In this document: one piece after another, positions 17,879 to 25,700 of the stretch
How positions within the stretch are numbered: position 1 is the stretch's first letter
Layout of the letters: each line of letters starts with the position of its first letter
Origin: a virus
Strand: one strand, 5' to 3'
Length of the DNA stretch: 64,000 bases
IMG/VR virus record: IMGVR_UViG_3300043788_000023
Span: 64,001 to 128,000 of that record
The notes under the pieces: model-generated
The model's input: only the letters and a program-made list of their open reading frames with translations
Databases searched by the model: none
What the model was told of the DNA's origin: nothing
Made by a program: the position numbers and the translations under genes

Positions 17879-18838
17879 TTAGTTCTCGCCCGTGTTGTTG
17901 GACGCGACGAAGCGGCCGTTGACCGTGAGACGCTGAACGCCTGACGGGTTGAAGACCAAGAAGCCGAGGTTCTCAAAGATCGAGAAACCGATCTGGCGGA
18001 GGTCCGGACGGTCGGCCGACATCACCGTGAGCGGAATACGCTCGGGGATGACGCCGAGGAATTCTGCGTCCGCGAGGATGTAGATGGAACCGTAGCCCAC
18101 CTTACGCGACTGGAGTAGTGTTGCGCCCCAGAGGTAGCCCATGACTCCGGTCTTCAGGAGCTTGCGCTGTGTTTCGCGGTCGATGTTCTGCTGAGTCCAC
18201 TTGAGCAGGTCGGTGTAGTCGCGTGGGTTGAAGAACACGAACGCAACCGACAAGTCATGGCGCTGCACCTGACCAAAGCCGTCCGCCATCGAGTTGATGT
18301 CGATCGGAGCGTTGATCGCGATGTCCGGGTTGTATACCGGGTCGTTTGCCGCATGCGTTGCCGCTGCGGTTGCGACTGCGTCGAACAGGGAGAACACGTA
18401 TGCGTCTTCCTGTGCGCCGACTTCCGCCTTCGCCAAGTTCAGCGAGCGGGCAACGAGGTCGAAGCGGCGCTCCTTGATCTGGGTGATGGGGATCATCGGG
18501 TTGGAAACGATTTCAAACGTCGGGACGGTGACGCGCTTCGGCTTGGTGACGCGGACGATGTCCCCGCCCTCTTCGCCGACCACGAATGCCTCAACGAAGG
18601 AAGAACCCGGCGTGGAGCCGACCGTCATTGCGGCCGTGTCGAATTCCTTATCGTAGATGGGCAGTGCGCCGTCTGGGAGTGTTTCAACCATCAATGCCTT
18701 GCGGGCGATGGACATGTAGTCGCGGCGGCGACGGAGGGAAGGACCCAACGAGGCTGCGAGCTTCTGACGTCCGCCAGCGGTCTTGAGAAGCTGACCGAGC
18801 ATTGCGGTTTGCTGCTGAGTGCGTGATAGATTTGCCAT
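17879..18838 (-). CDS. major capsid protein (HK97-fold)
   Basis: 319 aa; last in protease-scaffold-decoration block, AGGAG RBS and terminator; E.LP.GA.P.YDK, VPTFEI..NP.I, G.LWGA patterns of large myovirus MCPs. Confidence 0.85.
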   Translation of the reverse strand: MANLSRTQQQTAMLGQLLKTAGGRQKLAASLGPSLRRRRDYMSIARKALMVETLPDGALPIYDKEFDTAAMTVGSTPGSSFVEAFVVGEEGGDIVRVTKPKRVTVPTFEIVSNPMIPITQIKERRFDLVARSLNLAKAEVGAQEDAYVFSLFDAVATAAATHAANDPVYNPDIAINAPIDINSMADGFGQVQRHDLSVAFVFFNPRDYTDLLKWTQQNIDRETQRKLLKTGVMGYLWGATLLQSRKVGYGSIYILADAEFLGVIPERIPLTVMSADRPDLRQIGFSIFENLGFLVFNPSGVQRLTVNGRFVASNNTGEN

Positions 18839-18882
18839 GGTGTGTTTTCTCTCCTAAGAAGTTGTCTTAGTCGAAATCCCCC

Positions 18883-19449
18883 TTACAGGAGCGACGCCAC
18901 GCCAAGCCACGGCTCAGAAGCCGAGGGGACGTGTGTGCAGATGCCGACAGTGGCAACAGCAGCACCCTTACGGGCGAGGCTGGTGTATTTGCCAATGTTC
19001 GTGTTGGCGGTTCCACCAGCGTAGACGTACTGTCCAAGATGGAAGGTTGCGCCAGAATCGTAGCCCTGAAAGTCCACGTTGCCCTGCCAGAGTGCGCGGA
19101 CGACGGGAGCCTTGCGGGAGCCGGAAGGACCAATTGCGCCAGCGAATTCGCCGGGGCCATTGAGCAGTGTTGCGAACGGGATGTTGCCCTCATTGGCTCC
19201 GTAGGCAGTAGCGTCGCCGTCAACCGGGACGATGTTGCCGATGGAACCCATGGCAGGCTCGTACGAAGGCTGGAAAGCGAGGGGGGCGGTCAAGGTTGCG
19301 GCTGAGTCAATGATTGCCACAATGACGCCGCCGAGATAGCCAGCGGAAGTAAGAGTCTGTTGGTCAGTACCCGGATCGCCAGTCAGGAAAACGGCAGGCG
19401 TGCAGTTCACGCTGTCATTTTGCCCGTAATACGTCAGTTTGAGTGACAT
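18883..19449 (-). CDS. head decoration/cement protein (MSLKLTYYGQND...)
   Basis: Immediately upstream of MCP, Gly/Ala-rich beta protein, GGAG RBS at corrected start. Confidence 0.6.
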   Translation of the reverse strand: MSLKLTYYGQNDSVNCTPAVFLTGDPGTDQQTLTSAGYLGGVIVAIIDSAATLTAPLAFQPSYEPAMGSIGNIVPVDGDATAYGANEGNIPFATLLNGPGEFAGAIGPSGSRKAPVVRALWQGNVDFQGYDSGATFHLGQYVYAGGTANTNIGKYTSLARKGAAVATVGICTHVPSASEPWLGVASLL

Positions 19450-19602
19450 AGTTGGTTTTCTCCAGTTTGGTTCTAAAAGGAACGCTTTTTGTTTGCCAGT
19501 TCCAATCCGGTCGCCTTGGGGGCGAGTAGGACTATAGAAAAGGCAGACGTTCACTAATGGAGGGGGTATTGGAGGAATTTTTCATTAGCGATCCGTAAAA
19601 GC

Positions 19603-19627
19603 AAAAAGCCCGCCAAGGCGGGCTTTT
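19603..19627. terminator. bidirectional Rho-independent terminator after scaffold gene
   Basis: AAAAGCCCGCC-AA-GGCGGGCTTTT. Confidence 0.8.
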
Positions 19628-19662
19628 CGGATACGGACTTGAGTCCGGGGTTGAAATGCTGG

Positions 19663-21789
19663 TTAGAACTCGTCGTCGCCAAGCAGTGCGCCTGCGATGT
19701 CAAACGACGGACGCTCTGATGCGGTGACGTTCTTGAGCTTCTTGATGACCGGGGCTGCTGCCTTTGCAGGAGCAGTTGTCTTCTTTGCAGAAGACTTCGG
19801 TGCCTGAAGCACGTTGGTTTCGTCCTGCTTGACGCGCTTGAAACCGCCGTCCTCGGGCTTCTGATCTTCGATGGCTTCTGCGAACAGGTCGCCGTCGTGA
19901 TCGTTCTCGTTGTCGCGGCTGTCTGCGTCGGAGGTCTCGGACTCAAAGTGCTTGGCAGCTTCGCCAGTGAAGGACGGGACAACATCCATTCCGGCTACTT
20001 CTGCGGCGCTCTTGATCTCACCCGCGATAAGTGCGCGGAGAGGATCGGAGTCGGAACCCTGCAAGGAGAAGAAGTCTTCCATGGACGCGATCTGCGTGTC
20101 GTCCAAGCTGGCTTCCATGCTCTCTGCGGCGGACGGTGCGAAGAACTCTTCGCCGTTTCCAGCGGTGTGCTCGTCGCCTTCGTTTGCGAGTGAGGAGACC
20201 TTGTCTTCCATGTCTTCCTCGTTGAATACCTGCGCTAGATCAAGTTCCTCTTCACCCTCTTGCAGGATTTCCTGCTCAAGAGCCTTGATCGCTTCCTGCG
20301 CCTCTTCGATCTTCTCTTCAACGACCATCTTCTTCTCGTCGGAAAGAATCTCGCCAGCGTTGTCGGCTTCTGCGCCTTCGTCAATCGGCATCTCTGACGG
20401 AGCTTCCTCAATCGGAGCCTCTTCAACCGGGGCTTCCTCAATCGGGGCTTCTGCGTCCATCGGGGGAACATCGCCTGCGGGAGCGTCCATCGGCGGCATC
20501 TCGTCAGCCTTCTTTACTTCTGCGGCTGCCTTTGCTCCGCACTTGCATTCGCCGTCGCACTTGCACTCGGACTCGGCTTTCTTCGGCGCTGCTGCTGCCT
20601 TGGAAGCTGCCTTGCCAGCGCCATCGCTGTCGGACTTGTTGATCGTGTCTTCGGGACGGCCAGATGCTTCGGTCGTTGAAGAGGACGAACCTGCGTCCAT
20701 CGGCTTCGGTTCGGTGTGCTTTCCACCGCCGCAACCACGACCGTCGTTGTACGTCTCGGTCTGCGGGCCAGCGTCCTTGCGGTCGTCGGCAACTTTCGAT
20801 GCGTTCTTGGGATCACCGTTGAGTTCTTTTGCGACTGATGCTTTGAGGGAGTTGAGGTCTTCGCCTTCAGTGAGGAACTCGTTGAGTTCCGTCTTGTGGA
20901 CTTGCTTGAAGGTCTCGGCGAGCTTGGAATAGTGCGCGTTCTTTGCCGTCTGACGGAGCATCGCGCTCAGGACGCGGGTGCTGTTCTGGAGTAGGCTGGA
21001 AGCGGCACTCTTCTGCACTTCAGCCGGAGCGGTCGGGAGCATCGTCTTAGCGATAGTCCACGCAGCCGCAACACGCTGCTGTGCCTCGCGCTTGATTGCC
21101 TCGCGCTTGGTCTTGACTTCTGCCAGCTTCTCCTGAACTGAAGCCTTGGCTGGGGCTGTATTTGCCATGTTAGAGCCTTCCTTTTTCATGTCAGAACGGG
21201 CAGAAACGCCCTTCTTAACAGGGGATGCGTAGCTGTTTTTCTTCGTAACTTGGTTATTTCCAGCCTTTGCTGAAGCCATCGGGGCTTCCAGCGGGGCTGC
21301 TTCCGCGACTGGTTCTACTGCGGGTTCTGCGGAAATATCGGATGCCGGGGCTGCGGGGGCTGCTTCGGGTACTGCGGGTGCCGGGGGAAGCGAAGCGTCT
21401 GGTGCGGGGGCTGCCATATCTACCGGGGGCGCTCCCATCGGGGCACCGGGTCCCATGCCGCCAAGTTCGTCGGCTGCGGCAACTTCGCCGCCAGCGATGT
21501 CGCTGATTTCAATGTCAATTTCGCCAAGCAAGCCCTTGATCTGCTCAGACCAAGGACCGTCCTTGAACTTCTCCCACTGGGAAATAAGCTCTACGCCTTC
21601 GCGCATCTGGCGAATCTCTTCCTCAAGCTCTTCACGCTTTTCGGAGAGGAGGTCAAACTCGGGCGAGGTGCCCATGTCGGCGGGGGCGTCGGGTGCCATC
21701 TCGGGCATACCCATTAGCTGATCGTCCAGCATATCCAGATCAGCCTGCTTCTTCGCCATCGCTGCTTGCACTTTCTTCAGGTTTGCCAT
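19663..21789 (-). CDS. capsid scaffolding/core protein (MANLKKVQ..., 708 aa)
   Basis: Very acidic, Ala/Pro-rich, coiled-coil; between protease and capsid genes; many K-x-A motifs. Confidence 0.7.
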   Translation of the reverse strand: MANLKKVQAAMAKKQADLDMLDDQLMGMPEMAPDAPADMGTSPEFDLLSEKREELEEEIRQMREGVELISQWEKFKDGPWSEQIKGLLGEIDIEISDIAGGEVAAADELGGMGPGAPMGAPPVDMAAPAPDASLPPAPAVPEAAPAAPASDISAEPAVEPVAEAAPLEAPMASAKAGNNQVTKKNSYASPVKKGVSARSDMKKEGSNMANTAPAKASVQEKLAEVKTKREAIKREAQQRVAAAWTIAKTMLPTAPAEVQKSAASSLLQNSTRVLSAMLRQTAKNAHYSKLAETFKQVHKTELNEFLTEGEDLNSLKASVAKELNGDPKNASKVADDRKDAGPQTETYNDGRGCGGGKHTEPKPMDAGSSSSTTEASGRPEDTINKSDSDGAGKAASKAAAAPKKAESECKCDGECKCGAKAAAEVKKADEMPPMDAPAGDVPPMDAEAPIEEAPVEEAPIEEAPSEMPIDEGAEADNAGEILSDEKKMVVEEKIEEAQEAIKALEQEILQEGEEELDLAQVFNEEDMEDKVSSLANEGDEHTAGNGEEFFAPSAAESMEASLDDTQIASMEDFFSLQGSDSDPLRALIAGEIKSAAEVAGMDVVPSFTGEAAKHFESETSDADSRDNENDHDGDLFAEAIEDQKPEDGGFKRVKQDETNVLQAPKSSAKKTTAPAKAAAPVIKKLKNVTASERPSFDIAGALLGDDEF

Positions 21790-21796
21790 AGATTCT

Positions 21797-22735
21797 TTAC
21801 CTTCTGCGGTCTCCAAGGAAATCAGCGTCTAGCAATGCTTCACTCAATGAAAGGTCTTCGTATTCAGTCTTTTTTGAGGCTGTCATGGCAAATTTTGAGG
21901 GTGCCGATGATTGCTTCTGCGTGTACGGGGTAGAAGGACCCACCCATTCCTCGGCAACGATGTTCCTTTTTGCCGCTCCGGGGAACGCGGGGGTCGCAAC
22001 CCAGCTTGCCTCTACGAACTTCACGCCGCCGTTAACCATGCTCTTGTGCCCGCATAGTTCAGCGATGCGGCGGGGTACGCCGTCGTCGTCCGCCAGGAAC
22101 GTACCCTTCTGAAAAGACAGGTGGTTGCAGTACGTATTGGCATCGGTGACACGGGACCCGCAATAGGAACAGATTACGAGGTCGGTGACGCATCCCATGG
22201 ACAGGTAGCGGACATGACCCTCACGGATGTCGTGGACAAGCTTCTCATGAGTGACATCGGTAGCGACGAGAATGTCGCAGTAGTAGACCCAGATTGACCC
22301 GCCCTCGGCGACGTTCACCTTGCGGAGGACGGCGTCAAGAATGTGCCCTTTGGCGTACTTGCTATTCTGGAAGTGCTCAACGAAGTTGAAGGCTCCGACG
22401 AAACTGCGATAGCTCAGCTTCAGAACCTCGTTCGTCCACGCGTCGTCGTTGTTGTTGACGAGGTGACTGGTCTCAGGCTTGATGAGGTAGTCAAACGGCT
22501 CTTCTTCAACCATGACGCTGCTCATGATCGTCACGTGTGACAGCAGGTATTTTGAAGTATCGGCAGCGATTTTCTGCGCTTCTGCTGCACGTTTCGCACT
22601 TGCCACTTTGCAGAACGGATGATCTCCATCAAGCTGGCAGCCACGGAACGCACGCTTACCAAACATCTTCTGCCAGTCCTCGTTGCTGAGAACCGGGTTT
22701 TCCAGCACTGCGTTGGCGGTTTTCTTAAAGGACAT
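21797..22735 (-). CDS. prohead (capsid maturation) serine protease with Zn-finger insertion
   Basis: FVEH...KGHILDA, LSMGC, CSYCG...CNHL, FVEASWVATPAF motifs of HK97/herpes-type protease; synteny. Confidence 0.85.
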   Translation of the reverse strand: MSFKKTANAVLENPVLSNEDWQKMFGKRAFRGCQLDGDHPFCKVASAKRAAEAQKIAADTSKYLLSHVTIMSSVMVEEEPFDYLIKPETSHLVNNNDDAWTNEVLKLSYRSFVGAFNFVEHFQNSKYAKGHILDAVLRKVNVAEGGSIWVYYCDILVATDVTHEKLVHDIREGHVRYLSMGCVTDLVICSYCGSRVTDANTYCNHLSFQKGTFLADDDGVPRRIAELCGHKSMVNGGVKFVEASWVATPAFPGAAKRNIVAEEWVGPSTPYTQKQSSAPSKFAMTASKKTEYEDLSLSEALLDADFLGDRRR

Positions 22736-22743
22736 TACACCCT

Positions 22744-25700
22744 CTACCTAGTCGCCCGGAAGGCGAACTTTTCCACCGTGGGACCTACCCAATTGCCGTT
22801 GATGTACGTATCTTCGCTAACGACGCCCGCTTCATCAAGGATGAACACCACCGGAAATCCGGGGTTTGCCATTGACAGGTTCTCCGCATGTCTTACTGCT
22901 TTCATGATTTCTTCGGGCTTGTATGTCGGCAGCACTTCTTCCTTGCCCCTGAAACGAATACGAACCTCGGACTTTTCTGTGCTTGCCTTGATGCCGACGC
23001 TTTCCAGAAAGCCCTTGTCGTCAGGGTGGTAATTCGGCCAACGGGACTCACGCCACTTCTCGGCTAGCTTTACCCCTGACGGTAGACTCGTCGCCCGCTG
23101 CGATTTGTAGAGGTACTGTCCAACACGCTGGATCGCTGCATCATCCGGGCGTTCCACCTTGCCCCACGCCGCATCAATGTCAGCGAACAGCATCTCAATT
23201 CCGCTGGGGCTTTCTGCACTGATCTTGGGCTTCGCAACGGACCCTTGGTCAGGTTCTTCTTGGTCGGTGTAGTCCGGCACGGTCTTGTAGGGCAATCCAT
23301 AGAACTCGGCGGCATACTCGTCGCCCATCATGTTCCACATCTCGTCCATGGTCTTGTGATTTTCCTCAGCAAGCTGCTGGATGTAAGCCTCCTGCATGAA
23401 GAAGCGCTTCGCTTCATCCTCGGCTTCCTCCACCTGTTCAAGGAAGTATTGCGACTGTTCGTCTTGCTCCCAATCCTGCTGCGAGTACTCGGCGGTCTTA
23501 TTTGACGAGACTTTGGTCAGATAATTAGTCCACTCCGGTTTGTTCACGGCGATGGTGGTGGATTGGGCACGATCCTCAAACTTTACTTGGAGTAGACGAG
23601 GAGCGATGAATTCCAACACCTCTCCCTTGCTGCGGTGTCCGGGGCGACCGTCGTCATAAAGCACGACGTCTCCCGGTTGGAGTGCAAGCATTTCCTCTTC
23701 AGTCATGCCCGCTGTTTTTGACGCAGTCACTCCGTTGGGGTTGACGAGCGGGCTGATCTGCGGGCGGCGTGTCTTCTTCTTTGGGTTCAGCGGCTCCTTC
23801 ACGCCCTGCATGATGTCCTTAGTGAGCAAGTCCTGCTCCTGCTTGTCAATGTGGTTCTTTATGTCATCACGGGGTGGTAGCATGCTCGGTGATGGAGCCA
23901 TCTCAATCAGTGCCTTCTTCTTGAGCAGGCTTGACTGACGGTATACACCGGGCTGCGATGGGTCTTCCACGTAGTTGCCGCTCGGCGGAGGTGCCGCTTC
24001 CTGCTTCTGGCGACGCTCCGGGCGACCCCCCGAGTAACTGTAGCGACCACGCACGTCTTCAAGGTCTTCGTGAACTTCCATGATGTCCACACCCTCTTCC
24101 CATGTCACGCCGTTAGCCAGCAGGTAGTCGGTGTATTTCTCAACAGCGTCCATGCCCCACCAGCCGACCCAGACTCCATTCCAGATCGTCCAGCTTGGTC
24201 TCTTCTCACGTTCCTTATAGTCAACGTCGCCAGTGACTTTCTCCATCTTTGCGAGGTCCTCTATGGACACGTACTTCTCGCCCTTCGTCCAGCCTTCTCG
24301 TCCTTCGTCGTCTGCGCCAGTTGCACGCTTCTTAAGTTCGTCCACCAAAACTTTTTCATAGCCAGGGTCACGAGAGATGAGGCGCTGTTCGCCTTCGGGC
24401 CAATAGCACTGCTGATCCTGCTTGAACTTCGTGAACGGCTTTATTGTCCGTTCGTCGGCTTCCTTGTCGTAAGTCTCTTCGCCGTTGTCGGTGTAGCGTA
24501 GCTGGCAAGTTTCGTTGATGGTCACGAGATACCCATCAAGCATGTTCTGGTTGTCCACCCACTGACCGGGGTTCGTCTCATAACGGGCAAGAAGAATCTG
24601 CTCAAACTCGGGCCAACGACCCTTGATGACGTTCTTGATGTAATTGGCGACACGGTCGTCCAAGCGGTTGCGCCCGCCCCACCGCTGCGAGGTGCTCGGC
24701 TTGTACTCATCACGGTTGTGGTAGCCCCTCTCCTTGTGCTCGCCCTTGGAGTAGCCGAGAATCTTTGTCTCGTACTCGGGCCAACGCCCCTTGATGACTT
24801 TCATGGCGTAGGTGAGCGGTAGATCGGTATGGTGAGTCCAGCTACGCTGGCGACCCTTGCTTTCCTGCGCATCCTTCTGACCAGAGAGAATCTTCTCTTC
24901 AAGTTCCGGCATGCGAGTGTGCAGCGTGTCAGCAGCGTAGTTGATGAGCGCCACTAGGTTGTTAGCTTCGAGGGCCGACCTTTGGAAGTCATCCCAAGTC
25001 TTGCCTTGGAAGAACGCCTCGGAATATCTACGTGCCTCGCCGGGATTGCCGACGATCATGCACTCTTCCGGGTTGAGCCTGCCGTTCTTCTTGCGCTTCA
25101 GTCCGGGGATAGCAGACCATGGCTGCTTCAGCACCCTGATGGCGTACTCGGCACAACCGTAACCAGACGCCAAGCCGGGCTTCGCTTTCAGGAGCTTTGC
25201 TTCAAACTCGGGCCAGCGGGTGCGACGACCACGTGCGGCGTAGTCAAGCGCCATGCGCATCTGTTCCATGTTGCGTGTCTGGAGAAAAAGCTTCTCAAGG
25301 AGGTAAGGTTCGATCTCAGGCCAAGGCCCCTTGATGAACTTAGCTGCGTAGTCAATCGCATTCTTGTCCACTTTGCCACGTGACTTGACTTTTTCAAAAA
25401 TGGTTTGAGCCAGCGGTTCCCATGGCTGTCCGGGGTGGAACACTGCGCCGTACTTCAGCAAAAGTTCCGTGTTGACATGAGCGCCGACAAGCTGCGCCTC
25501 AATCTCAGGCGGAAGCGCCTTCCCTGTAGCGAGAGCATGGCGCACTTGCATTTTGAATTTCTTACCGCTGTATTCTGAAGGGTCGCCGTAGCGGGTTCTG
25601 TAGCTGTAGCCACGTTCCCTGTCTCCGGCAGGATTCCACGGTTTGCTAGGTTCACGTGGTTCTTCCGGTCCTTCCGGTTCTTCTGGTTCCACTGGACGGG

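Noticed and set aside
17879-18838. Possible encapsulin shell protein
   Set aside because: Protease-scaffold-decoration synteny plus sheath and tube genes indicate a phage capsid
19450-19555. Possible structured ncRNA/riboswitch upstream of decoration gene
   Set aside because: Only a short TCGCC/GGCGA hairpin; no recognisable family, more simply a 5' leader
19554-19985. 143-aa minus-strand ORF overlapping scaffold end
   Set aside because: Alternative frame of the scaffold gene that crosses a terminator
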